From the NCBI GenBank assembly GCA_002269645.1, contig NIVC01000735.1:248001-312000 (forward strand): a DNA stretch of 64,000 bases, read 5' to 3'. Below the pieces are notes generated by a model that ran no database searches, was not told where the DNA came from, and saw only the letters and a program-made list of their open reading frames with translations. The translations under genes were made by a program, and so were the position numbers. This stretch comes from Macrostomum lignano. Lineage: Eukaryota. Position 1 is the stretch's first letter; the number at the start of each line of letters is the position of its first letter. Below, piece by piece: positions 1 to 13,400 of the stretch.

Positions 1-725
1 CACAGATCTAGACCCCCCGCCACAGATCTAGACCCCCTCCACCACAGATCTAGATCCCCTCCGCCACACATCTACTCGTAGACCACCTCCACCACAGATC
101 TAGACCCCCCGCCACAGATCTAGACCCCCGCCACAGATCTAGACCCCCTCCACCACAGATCTAGACCCCCGCCACAGATCTAGACCCCCTCCACCACAGA
201 TCTAGACCCCCGCCACAGATCTAGACCACCTCCACCACAGATCTAGACCTCCTCCACCACAGATCTAGACCCCCTCCACCACAGATCTAGACCCCCCGCC
301 ACAGATCTAGACCCCCCGCCACAGATCTAGACCCCCTCCACCACAGATCTAGACCCCCGCCACAGATCTAGACCCCCTCCACCACAGATCTAGACCCCCG
401 CCACAGATCTAGACCACCTCCACCACAGATCTAGACCTCCTCCACCACAGATCTAGACCACCTCCACCACAGATCTAGACCCCCCGCCACAGATCTAGAC
501 CCCCTCCACCTTAGATCTAGAACCCCCTGCGCCACAGATCTAAATCTCCTTTCCATCATGTCTAGACCCTTCTTTTCACACCTAAGTTTATCTTCTCTTC
601 AAATCTAAATCTACCACTTCTTAGATCTAGACTTCTCCCAGTCCCAGATCTAGACCTCTCCCGATGCCAGATCTAGACCTCTGCCGATGCCAGATCTAGA
701 CCCATTCCGGTCCCAGATCTAGACC
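1..725. repeat. Minisatellite, about 19-22 bp unit CACAGATCTAGACCCC(GC/TCCAC), degenerate after about 540
   Basis: Direct tandem copies upstream of the 784 acceptor. Confidence 0.95.
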
Positions 726-783
726 TCCTGTCATGCTGCCAGCTCAGGTGGCAAACTTGATTTAATAATATTTCTCATTCCAG

Positions 784-1443
784 CCTGCTGTTCCCCAACG
801 ACCTGGCCGAGCGCCCGACCGAGCCGCTGGACCCGGAGTACGTGCCGCGCGAGTCCCTGCAGCCTTGCCGCGCCCTGCTCCGCGTGTACCGCTTCCCCTA
901 CTTCCCTCCCGGTCTCTGGCCCCGCCTGGCCGCCCGCCTGCATGCCACCGTGGCCGACCTGAAGGAGCGCGCCCGCTTCTTCTACGCCGGCAATCGGCGC
1001 CGCGACCAGCCGCGGCTGCTCGCCGACAGCCCAGCGCGGCCTCCCGGCTGCTGTACTCCTCCTCCATCGGGGCGGCCGACTCCGTCCAGATTCTCAGCCG
1101 GAGCAGCCGCTCGCTCGGCGGCTGGGAGCGCGAGCTGCTCGGCAAGCGGACCAGCATCTGCTGCTGGCGCCGCGGCTTCATGGTGAAGCACGACGACGGC
1201 CGGTTCGGCATCCAGCTGGGCGACAGCGGCGTGGAGCTGGAGCTGTGCGTGCTCAGCCAGAGCAGGAACTTCGCCCCGATCGGTCTGCTGGTTGACGAGG
1301 TCGACCTGCTGCTGGACACCTGGTTCCCCGGCCTGGCCAGCTTCGAGGAGGACGGCTACGCCGACGTAGCCGAGGATGACGGCGAGAGCAACGCCGATGA
1401 AGGGCTGGTCGGCGGCGCGACTAGCGGGCTGATGCGCCGGCTG
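784..1443 (+). CDS. LRRK1: LRRK-like exon: COR domain (contains a 1-nt frameshift near 1030-1032)
   Basis: Acceptor ttccag| at 783 and donor ctg|gtgagt at 1444. Reads LLFPNDLAERP...YRFPYFPPGLWPRL in frame 2, then ICCWRRGF...DTWFPGL in frame 1. Confidence 0.85.
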
Positions 1444-4400
1444 GTGAGTGGATAGGGTAGAAATCTTTGGGTAAACTGTAGAAATCTGTGGGTAAACTGT
1501 AGAAATCTGTGGGTAAACTGTAGAAATCTGTGGGTAAACTGTAGAAATCTGTGGGTAAACTGTAGAAATCTGTGGGTAAACTGTAGAAATCTGTGGGTAA
1601 ACTGTAGAAATCTGTGGGTAAACTGTAGAAATCTGTGGGTAAACTTTAGAAATCTGTGGGTAAACTGTAGAAATCTGAGGGTAAACTGTAGAAATCTGTG
1701 GGTAAACTGTAGAAATATGTGGGTAAACTGTAGAAATCTGTGGGTAAACTGTAGAAATCTGTGGGTAAACTGTAGAAATCTGTGGGTAAACTTTAGAAAT
1801 CTGTGGGTAAACTGTAGAAATCTGAGGGTAAACTGTAGAAATCTGAGGGTAAACTGTAGAAATATGTGGGTAAACTGTAGAAATCTGTGGGTAAAATGTA
1901 GAAATCTGTGGGTAAACTGTAGAAATCTGTGGGTAAACTGTAGAAATCTGTGGGTAAACTTTAGAAATCTGTGGGTAAACTGTAGAAATCTGTGGGTAAA
2001 CTGTAGAAATATGTGGGTAAACTGTAGAAATCTGTGGGTAAACTAGAAATCTGTGGGTAAACTGTAGAAATATGTGGGTAAACTGTAGAAATCTGTGGGT
2101 AAACTGTAGAAATCTGTGGGTAAACTGTAGAAATCTGTGGGTAAACTGTAGAAATCTGTGGGTAAACTGTAGAAATCTGTGGGTAAACTGGTTGAGATGA
2201 ATCGATCCGCCCCATCAGGTGCCATGTCCGGAGTGCCTGTCCAGCCTCATGGACGGAGGCTACGTGTCGCTGAGCGCTCTGTCCGAGCGGGTACCGGACT
2301 GGCGCGCCAAGGTGCACTGGTTGGGCTACCGACTCTGCGCTGAGCGCGCCCTGACCGGCCGGCCGCTGCGCTGCCCTCGGTGCGGCGCCGCCCCGGAGCC
2401 GCGCAGCCTCGTGCCGGAGCTGCTGTTTGCTGACGTCGATCGCTCGGCCATTGTGGAGGCCGGACGGCTCAGACTGCGGCGGGAGCCCGACTGCCTGCTG
2501 GGCGAGGGTGCCTTTGGCAGCGTCTACCGGGCCTGGTGAGGGTCGGATTGCTGTGGTGACTTCGGCGTGCAATTAGTGACTTCCGGATGCAATTTGTGCC
2601 TTCCGGGTGCAATTAGTGACTTCTAGGATAATTTCGTGACTTCCGGGTGCAATTAGTGACTCCAGGGTGCAATTTGTGGATTGTGGCTTCTGAGTGTGCA
2701 TGGAGAGACTTCTGAGTGCGCATGGAGGGACTTCTGAGTGCATTGATTGATTTTGGAGTGTATTCAGTGACTTCTGAGTGCATGGAGTGATTTCTGAGTG
2801 CATGGAGTGATTTCTGAGTGCATTGAGTGACTTCTGAGTGTATGGGGTGACTTCTGAGTGCATGGAGTGACTTCTGAGTGCATGGAGTGACTTCTGGTAT
2901 GTGGGCGACTGTGTGAATTTGGAGTCTTGTGCATCTCTCAGCAGAAGCTCTGCTATCCGATATTCCAGGCTGGGCGACACCCAAGTAGCGGCCAAAATCA
3001 GCAAATTCTTGGAGAACTTCGTGGACCAGCAGCAGCAGCAGACTGACGAGCCCGTCAAGCTGCGCCTCCAGTCCGGTCGCCGAGGCTCCTCCAGCACGCG
3101 GAGTCTGGAAAGCGCCGGCGCCACCAACGAGGCGCCCTCGGCGGAATCGGCGGCGGACTCGCTGGTGCAGCTGGAGCGGGCCCGCCGGCTTGACCAGGCC
3201 ATCGACGGCCTGAAACGGATGCGCCACGAGGCCAACGTGCTGCAGGCGCTGCGCAGCCCCTTCCTGGTGGCCTTCCGCGGCATCTGCCTGGAGCCGCTCT
3301 GCTTCCTCACCGAGCTGGCGCCCCTCGGCTCTCTGGCTGAGGTGCGCGAGGAGGCGCGCAAGCAGCGGCCCGGCACCGCCCTGCCGCTGGGCCGCCAGCT
3401 CAGCTACAAGATGGCGTACGAGGTGAGACTGAGGGGGGAGACGGCAAGCGTTTAATGTCTGCAGCATCAAATTAGTCATTTTGCAGTTTCATTAGGATCT
3501 TATTAATTAATTCTACTGTACGAGCTATCGTTAGGAGTCCCATTAGTCACTTTATTGTATCATTAGAGTCAAATTAGTCACTTTATTGTATCATTAGAGT
3601 TCAATTAGTCACTCTATTGTATCATTAGAGTCAAATTAGTCACTTTATTGTATCATTAGAGTTCAATTAGTCACTCTATTGTATCATTAGAGTCAAATTA
3701 GTCACTTTATTGTATCATTAGAGTTCAATTAGTCACTTTATTGTATCATTAGAGTTCAATTAGTCACTTTATTGTATCATTAGAGTTCAATTAGTCACTC
3801 TATTGTATCATTAGAGTCAAATTAGTCACTTTATTGTATCATTAGAGTTCAATTAGTCACTTTATTGTATCATTAGAGTTCAATTAGTCACTTTATTGTA
3901 TCATTAGAGTTCAATTAGTCATTTTATTGTATCATTAGAATCTAATTAGTCACTTTATTTTATCATTAGAGTCCAATTAGTCACTGTATTGTATCACTAG
4001 AGTCCAATTAGTCACTGTATTGTATCATTAGAGTCCAATTAGTCACTCCTGTCATTAGAACCGAATCACCCTAACCATCCTGGAACCCCGCCCTGCGCAG
4101 GTGATCACCGCGGTGGCCTACATGCACTCCCTCAGCGTGCTGTACCGCGACCTCAAGTCCGACAACGTGCTGGTCTTCTCCAAGGACCCGGCGGCCAGGC
4201 TGCACGTCAAGCTGGGCGACTACGGCACCTCGCTGAACACCGGCCTGCAGGGCACCACCGGCAGACAGGGGACCCCGGGCTACATGGCGCCCGAGGTGCT
4301 GCGGGACTGCACCTACGATGAGAAGGTGAGCGGCTGCTGGCAACTGGGTGTTGGGATCTGGGAGTGTTTAGTTATCCCATTGGGATCTGGGAGTTTTTAA

Positions 4401-7400
4401 CTTTCCCATTGGGATCTGGGAGTGTTTAGTTACCCAATCGGGTTCTGTGAGTGTTTAGCTACCCCATTGGGAGCTGGGAGTGTTTAGTTTTCCCATTGGG
4501 AGCTGGGAGTGTTTAGCTACCCCATTGGGAGCTGGGAGTGTTTAGTTTTCCCATTGGGAGCTCGGAGTGTTTAGCTACCCCATTGGGAGCTGGGAGTGTT
4601 TAGTTTTCCCATTGGGAGCTGGGAAGTGTTTAGTTATCCCATTGGGAGCTGGGAGTGTTTAGCTACCCCATTGGGAGCTGGGAGTGTTTAGTTTTCCCAT
4701 TGGGATCTGGGAGTGTTTAGTTATCCCATTGGGAGCTGGGAGTGTTTAGCTACCCCATTGGGAGCTGGGAGTGTTTAGTTATCCCATTGGGAGCTGGGAG
4801 TGTTTAGTTATCCCATTGGGATCTAGGAGTGTCTAGTAATCCCATTGGGATCTGGGAATGTTTTGTTATCTCATTGGGATCTGGGAGTGCTTAGTTATCC
4901 CATAGGGATCTGGGGTGTTTAACTTTCCCATTAGGATCTGGGAGTGTTTAGCTATCCTAATGAGATTTGGGAGTGTTTAGTTATTCCATTGGGATCTGGG
5001 AGTGTTTAGTTATCCCATTGGGAGCTGGGAGTGTTTAGTTACCCCATTGGGATCTGGGAGTGTTTAGTTTTCCCATTGGGAGCTGGGAGTGTTTAGCTAC
5101 CCCATTGGGATCTGGGAGTGTTTAGTTTTCCCATTGGGAGTTGGGAGTGTTTAGCTACCCCATTGGGAGTTGGGACTTGGGAGTGTTTAGTTTTCCCACC
5201 GGGACAGAACTCTCAGTATTCGGGACATAACGGTTCTCGAGGCTGCCTGCCTGTCTTCTGGCTCTAGTCGCCTACTATAAGTACTGCAATTCGGGTGAAT
5301 TGGTTTAAGCCTGCCAGTCGAGTTTCGCTTTAGGCCCAGGCATAGGTAAGCAAGGAAAGGTTCAGCTTCAAGGCTTTTATCTCCACGCGCTCTGTTTTCC
5401 GAACTGTGCAGCCACCGCCATGGCTGGCCTTCATTTCCAAAAACACCGGAGCCGGTAGGTCGGCAACAGCATTTTATGGCCTTGGCATTCCAGCTGAAAG
5501 CAGAGTTTTGCAAACGTAACTTGCTTGCATACCTTCCTGCGGCCTGCGCTGATCAATCAGCCACCGGCCCCGTGCGTCCCTCTCGGCCCGAGCGGTTAAC
5601 TCGTGGCGTGCAAGAAATTGACACCGGGGCCGTGTCTGCTTCTGCTTCTTGCTTTTCTTTTTAGACACGCAGAACAGCTGAGCAATTGGCTCTGCTGTTG
5701 TTTACTTGACACTGCCAGCCTGCGTCATGAGCTGGCCTTGCTGTCTTGCTAATCAACACCTGCGACCGGCCCCACCTCAATATCCCCCCAGTCCCGCCCT
5801 GATTAAATCGAGCCGCTCCCTGTCCGTGCTTACATAATTAGCGCAGCCGTAAACTTCCGCCTGCTTACCGCTGAAGCGGCCGACCCTGGGGGCAGCCCCG
5901 CTCCCCCTGCTGGTGTCAGCTGGACCTAGCAGGTCTGCCTGTACTCTGCCAGTGCCGCCCCGGCCTTTGGCTCAATTTGCATTCATTTATTTATTGTTAT
6001 TGCTTGTCTGCCCAATGTGATTCTCGATCTTCTTACCACCTTTGTGTACCCATGCCCAGGTGTGAGGCTGGGGCTTGTGGAAACCCTCAGAGACGCATTT
6101 GGAGTTGAATTCGGCTCTTCTCTCTACCTCTCTCTACATCTGCCTACCTCTCTCTACATCTGCCTACCTCTCTCTACATCTGCCTACCTCTCTCTACATC
6201 TGCCTACCTCTCTCTACATCTGCCTACCTCTCTCTACATCTGCCTACCTCTCTCTACATCTGCCTACCTCTCTCTACATCTGCCTACCTCTCTCTACACC
6301 TCTCCGCCTCTCTCTAAATCTCTCCGCCCCTCTCTATCACTCTCTAAATCTCTCTAAATCTCTCTAAATCTCTTCCATTTTTCTCTGTACCTCTTTCTAC
6401 TACTCTCTACTTCTCTCTAACTTCTCTTTACCTTTCTTCATCTCTCTTCATCTCTCCATCTCTTTCTATCCCTCTCTGGCCTCTCATATTCTGTTTCTTA
6501 CTCGTAAATACTATTTTCATATTTTGAATCTTCGCGCATGAGTCTCTAGTTCTGTCTTGCGTATCAACTTCATCTGTGACTCTCCAGCCTCTCAGCCTTC
6601 ATCTCTTCTTTACACTCCTGCCGAACTAAGAGCTCAGTTTCTCCACCTTGGCCCCTCTGTCTGAGTCATGTGACCAGACACGAATCTCAGCTACTTCGCC
6701 TTCCTTGAGCTCCGCTATACCCCAGGCTATAAATAGCATGAAATTTCTCTTGTTGTTTGTTTTCTGCTGTTTGCCATGCCTGTTTTTTGCCCTTTAGCAA
6801 TGCGAGCCCCCGTTCCCATTGTTCGTGCGGCAGCCCCGTTAGAGTCTGCAAGCTGCTGCAGACAGCACAGCGAGTGTGCCAGGCTTGGGTCAGCGCGGTG
6901 CATAGAGTGGCGCTCAAAAATAAGATTTTAAGCCCACTTGTTTGCCTCTCTGCCCCCACCGGCTGACTCAAAAGAAAGCAGGCGACAAACAGGCCGGGAC
7001 GAGTTTAAAGTGGCTTTCGAGTTTGAGCTTGGGCGGGGGGGCAGCGGCAGCTACTGCGGCTGCTTTGTGCGGGGGCGGCGGCTGCCAAGTGGCAGTTGGT
7101 TGTCATGCAGGGCCTTCATTCACCTGTTATCTATTTCTGCCCTCTCTCTCTCATTTCTGTGTGACTCAATCTGTGCAGAGATAACACAAATATTTCATTT
7201 TGTAAAGAATTGCCTGGCCCAGCTGCCTTTAATATTTACAAATTTAATATTTTTAATAATATTAAGCTAACAACAATTCAACGCCTTGGCCTAAAAATAG
7301 CAGAGCTAAGCAATGAATTTGCATGACAGGGCGGTGTTTATAAAAACTAGTGCGGGCACACTGCGTGCACTGGCTGGTCATCATTCACTGGAGAGAGAGG

Positions 7401-10400
7401 CTGCCACTACGCGTATAGAAGTCTCTAAAAATAACCAGCAGCTGCGCTGCGGGGCGGCCAGACGTCAAAACTGTGGCCCAGCATCCCCCCAGCCAGCTTC
7501 ATCACTGACCCGAGCGAGGCAGCTGTTCCGCCGCTTGCGCCTCCCTTATCGCCGAATCTGCCGCCTATTTTATGATTCTGAAAGCCCCGTTCGCCAAACC
7601 GAGATCCCATTGCCCCGCCGGCCGGCCTCCCCGACAAAAATCAGCGGCCGCCCCGCCCAGGATCCGCTCCGCCTTTCCGTTCTTATTCCGGCATTTCTAT
7701 GGCGGAGCCCTCGGCCCTATGGGAAATCCGCGGTAGCCAAAGCAAAAAATGAAAACAAGGCAATGCGAAGGCAGGGCTGCTGAAGCCTGAGAGCGCTTTC
7801 ACGGCTTTCATTAGGCATTATTATTCATCCCCATTGGTATCCCATCAGTTCGAGATGCCACTGTGAAAGTCATTCTAATTTTATACACAGCAGCGGTACG
7901 GGCGTCTGGCTTCTGTTCCGACCTGGCCGTGTGCGCCGCTGCCGCCCCCATTTCATTTCTCTGCTCCCATATTTGAATGCCGCCTTTTATCCTGATTGAT
8001 TCTCAGCGGTGCTGTTCTTGTCTTGATTTTTTCAAAGCATCAAAGCCGCGATGGCGCGTAGCTTGGGAAGCTGGCGTAGCTGGGGGGAGAGTTCGCCAGT
8101 AAGGGTATTTTGGCCTTACGGATGAGCCTCGCGAATGAGCGGGATTTGTGGGTTGACGTCATCAAGCTAGCTAATGGTGTTCTGTATCTGTGTTCTGGTA
8201 TTCTGTTATATTCTTGGGAATTGTCAGCCAGGGTTTTTTGTGTGGGGATGTGGGATTCTGAGCTCCCAATTCCCAATATGGGGATGTGGGATTCTGAGCT
8301 CCCAACTCCCAATATGGGGATGTGGGATTCTGAGCTCCCAGCTCCCAATATGGGGATGTGGGATTCTGAGCTCCCAACTCCCAATATGGGGATGTGGGAT
8401 TCTGAGCTCCCAGCTCCCAATATGGGGATGTGGGATTCTGAGCTCCCAACTCCCAATATGGGGATGTGGGATTCTGAGCTCCCAGCTCCCAATATGGGGA
8501 TGTGGGATTCTGAGCTTCCAACTCCCAATATGGGGATGTGGGATTCTGAGCTCCCAGCTCCCAATATGGGGATGTGGGATTCTGAGCTTCCAACTCCCAA
8601 TATGGGGATGTGGGATTCTGAGCTCCCAGCTCCCAATATGGGGATGTGGGATTCTGAGCTTCCAACTCCCAATATGGGGATGTGGGATTCTGAGCTTCCA
8701 ACTCCCAATATGGGGATGTGGGATTCTGAGCTTCCAACTCCCAATATGGGGATGTGGGATTCTGAGCTTCCAACTCCCAATATGGGGATGTGGGATTCTG
8801 AGCTTCCAACTCCCAATATGGGGATGTGGGATTCTGAGCTCCCAGCTCCCAATATGGGGATGTGGGATTCTGAGCTTCCAACTCCCAATATGGGGATGTG
8901 GGATTCTGAGCTCCCAGCTCCCAATATGGGGATGTGGGATTCTGAGCTTCCAACTCCCAATATGGGGATGTGGGATTCTGAGCTCCCAGCTCCCAATATG
9001 GGGATGTGGGATTCTGAGCTTCCAACTCCCAATATGGGGATGTGGGATTCTGAGCTTCCAACTCCCAATATGGGGATGTGGGATTCTGAGCTCCCAGCTC
9101 CCAATATGGGGATGTGGGATTCTGAGCTTCCAACTCCCAATATGGGGATGTGGGATTCTGAGATTCCAATTCCCAATATGGGATGTGGGATTCTGAGCTT
9201 CCAACTCCCAATATGGGGATGTGGGATTCTGAGCTTCCAACTCCCAATATAGGGATGTGGGATTCTGAGCTCCTAGCTGCCGGTATGGGGATGTGGGATT
9301 CAGAGCTCCTAGCTGCCGGTATGGGGATGTGGGATTCAGAGCTTCCAACTCCCAATATGGGGATGTGGGATTCAGAGCTTCCAACTCCCAATATGGGGAT
9401 GTGGGATTCTGAGCTCCTAGCTGCCGGTATGGGGATGTGGGATTCTGAGCTCTTGGCTCCCAATATGCGAATGTGGGATGGGATGGGGGATTCTGAGCTC
9501 CTAGCTGCCGGTATGGGGATGTGGGATTTTTAACTTCGAGTTTAGATTCGGGGTGTGGGATTTGAGGCATTAGGATTGGCTACTGATGTCCGGCCCGTCC
9601 CCTTCAGGTGGACGTGTACTCCTTCGGCATGGTGCTCTACGAGCTCATCTGCGGCGAGCGGCCGTTCAGCAAGCTGCCCAGCAGCGAGAACCTCACCAAG
9701 GTGGTGCTGGACGGCGGGCACCCCGAGTTCACAGTTCAGGAGGCCGAGCAGGCCGCCTTCATGGGCCAGCTGGCCCAGCAGTGCTGGCGTCTCAGCCCCG
9801 GCGCCCGGCCCACCGCGGCTGGCATTCGCGTTGCCATGGAGACGCACAGCCGCTGGGCCTTGGAGAGGTTCATCGCCCTGCCAAACGACGGGGCAGCGCG
9901 GACCGAGGCGCCGGTGGAGGCAGCGGCTGAAGAGAGAGACGGCGGCGGCATCCCCGACTTTGTGGGGGCCATGGCGGAGCCGACTTGTGCCTGCATCACC
10001 GAAGTAAGTAGCGGCTTGCCTACTTGCCCACCTACTTGCTTGCCTACTTGCCCACCTACTTTCTTGCCTACTTGCCCACCTACTTGCTTGCCTACTTGCC
10101 CACCTACTTGCGACTTACCTACATAAATACTGACCTGCCTACTTGCCTGCTTATCTACCTACTGACCTGCCTACTTGCCTGCTTATCTACCTACTGACCT
10201 GCCTACTTGCCTGCTTATCTACCTACTGACCTGCCTACTTGCCTGCTTATCTACCTACTGACCTGCCTACTTGCCTGCTTATCTACCTACTGACCTGCCT
10301 ACTTGCCTGCTTATCTACCTACTGACCTGCCTACTGACCTGCCTATTCGCCTACTCACCCGCAAGTGCAAGCGCACTGTCTGCCGGCCTGTCCAGCCTCG

Positions 10401-13400
10401 CCCCGCGTCCTCGACCTGAACCCGGCCTACCCAGCCTCCGCCCAGCCACATCCCCCTGAAACTCGTGTGCGTCACGCCAGCCGCGGGAAGGAGCAGGCGG
10501 CACCTCGGCCGCTGCTAAGAGTCGGACAAAGGGAAACCCGAGACAGAAACACAAAAAGCAGATAATAAAAGAGAAAGCCTCAAATCTGCAGAGCACGTGA
10601 CCGGCATGCGTGGATTAGCGCATGACCGCCTCAATGCCTGGATAGATAAGCTGCTCCCAGCCGCTACAAAAGACGCCGCCCCGGCTGCCCCAGTCCAGGC
10701 TGCGTTTATCAGTCACGGAGTCTCTCAGCGAGCTCCTGTCATTTCCTCTGTCTCCAAGCATTTATTGCTTACAATCGATAAAGCTGTTTGTTACGCATGG
10801 CCAGAGGGAATCTCGCCTTTGCGTTAATATCGTATCTCACCTGGGCAAGCCGGTCACGTGGTCCCGCTGTTCCAGAGCCGTGGGCTTCCTCGGCCCAAAG
10901 CCGAGACGAGGATGAGGCAGCAGTATGGGAGAATCCAGTTCCTGTTTACCTGGCTTCACCTCCCCCCCCCAGTCTGGCCTGCCTCCGGAAGCGTCCCGAG
11001 CCAGCAGCATGAGCCTCTCTTATCTTCTTATCTGCCGCTCAGAGCAGCAGCGAGGCCGATCTCAAAACGGCCGCTCAAGCATTAATCCCCGTTTAGTTTT
11101 TCTGGAGTCTCCGGCCTCCCCCTCGCTCCATCAGGTCAAGGCTAATCTCTGCTGCAAGGGCCGGGGGAGTTCCAGAATTGAGTCACTGCCGAGCTCTGGC
11201 CGAGTGCCAGGGGCCTCGTAGGCAGGCTATCATCGCCATCTTAATGCCTCCCGGGCCGCAGCGATCCCCGCTCTTTCATCTTCGCTGCTGCCAATTTACC
11301 CCCAACCCGCCTCCCTTACCCCTCTTAGCCTGCCGAGGGGGCGGGCAGGGCTGTCTGGCTGGCTTGGGGGACGCACTGTGAGAGTTCAGCAGTCGCAGCC
11401 TGGGGACAGAACGGGTCACGTGAGTCTTGGGACATTTTGGAGGGAAGGAGCGGAGGCGGCTGGGGAGCCAGACGAGATGCCTTGGGGGGATAGAGGTTAT
11501 AAAATCGCTATAGGACTTATTTTTGTCTGCAGTCACGTGCCTTGCCTGAGCCGCGGCCCGCCTGCTGCCGCGGGTGACCAATAGGCGGCAAAAGTCGTTG
11601 AATGCGCGAGTTGCGAAAGAAATTGAAAGCTTCGCCGCCCTCTTTCTGTGTCTCTCGCAGCGGCAGGGAAGAGGTGTGGAAAACAGACGGCAGCATCGCG
11701 GAGGAACTGAGGGGACACGACAGGTTCCCCCTGTCTGTCCAGGTGTTCCCATTTTCCCCTCCTGTCGTCTTAGCCCCTCGATCATGTGACCCCGAGGGTC
11801 CCTCGCCTCGCGTCGAGAAGCCTCTTCAACAAGAGTTGAAACACCGCCCCCCCCCCCCGGTGTCCCCAGGGGGAAGCGGCCTGACTGACGTAAGCAGCTC
11901 GGCTCGCTGTTGCCCTGGCGCGTCACAACACAAGCGCTAAGCCCATCGCGGTAGCTTAATCCCAGTGGAAAACAGGGGATCAGGCTGTGTCCCGGTGTAA
12001 TAAAACTTCAGTGCCGCGCCACTGGTGCAGCACCTGCTCCACCCAAGCAGGGGGCTGGGGCAGGTTATAATGCTTCGTGTGTTTTGGGAGCAACCTGACC
12101 ATGCATTGTTGGGAGGGGCTGCAACAACTAGTTTTATTATGACACAGACAGGCGGGGGGATTGCTGCCACTAGGAGGGGGGGGTTGTAAAGCTGGCAAAT
12201 TACATGACTGTGGGGGGAGGTGCTCCGGAGGAACTTGCAAGCAGCTCAAACACGGCGCCATGCCACGTGAGCTGAAGGTGCTATCTATGCCCTAATTCTC
12301 TTATCTATCGATAACTGCCCCCTTATACTTTTCAAATCGCAAAGCTATTTGCGATAGCTTTGGGGGAGGGAGGGGTAGCTCTGAAGTGGCCCGACGGATC
12401 GCATTATTGCTGCTTCAGCAGATACTTGGATATTTTAACTCTGGGTGCCCGGCCAACATGTCTGATTAAACAGCCCCCTCCCGCAAAGTTTTGATCAGCG
12501 AGAGGTTGTCTTCTGTCTGTCTTCTGTCTTAAAAACTTTGTCTTCGAAGTGAGCAAGATTCAAATATTGGCTAAGAAGCAATTGACTTTCTCAAGAATTT
12601 GGAATGTCTCGAAGGGGGCGACACTGAAACAGTCTGTCAATACAGGGCTTCAAGTGTTTGCTTTCCAAAGTCGCCCCCTTCGTCCAAACCGCTGTCCAAA
12701 TTGCAACTTCAATTCAATTATTTGGTGAGAAGAGCAGTCTGACTGACAGCTCGTGAGTTTCAGTTATTGAAGTTCAAGGTTAACATGGGGATAAGTTTAG
12801 TGGGGTGGATGTTAGACATGATAGTAGATATTAGATATTAGAGTAGATATTAGATATCAGGGTAGATATTAGATATCAGAGTAGATATTAGATATCAGGG
12901 TAGATATTAGATATCAGAGTAGATATTAGATATCAGAGTAGATATTAGATATCAGAGTAGATATTAGATATCAGAGTAGATATTAGATATCAGAGTAGAT
13001 ATTAGATATCAGAGTAGATATTAGATATCAGAGTAGATATTAGATATCAGGGTAATATTAGATATCAGGGTAGATATTAGATATCAGAGTAGATATTAGA
13101 TATCAGAGTAGATATTAGATATCAGGGTAGATATTAGATATCATAGTAGATATTAGATATCATAGTAGATATTAGATATCAGAGTAGATATTATATATCA
13201 GATTAGATATTAGATATCAGAGTAGATATTAGATATCAGAGTAGATATTAGATATCAGGGTAGATATTAGATATCAGGGTAGATATTAGATATCAGAGTA
13301 GATATTAGATATCAGAGTAGATATTAGATATCAGGGTAGATATTAGATATCAGAGTAGATATTAGATATCAGAGTAGATATTAGATATCAGAGTAGATAT

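Noticed and set aside
2560-4050. Complementary cores AGTGACT (intron 2 array) and AGTCACT (intron 3 array) flanking the 2969-3422 exon, suggesting pairing or back-splicing
   Set aside because: Only 7 bp of complementarity, which is too weak without RNA evidence.
5190-8240. Possible transposon remnants or genes in unique intron cores (also 10.3-12.8 and 16-18.8 kb)
   Set aside because: I recognised no RT, transposase or integrase motifs, TIRs or TSDs. A repeat-library search would be needed to exclude degraded elements.
8040-9570. Five overlapping 340-448 aa ORFs
   Set aside because: They are translations of the 36-bp intronic array. The flanking kinase exons splice in phase around it.
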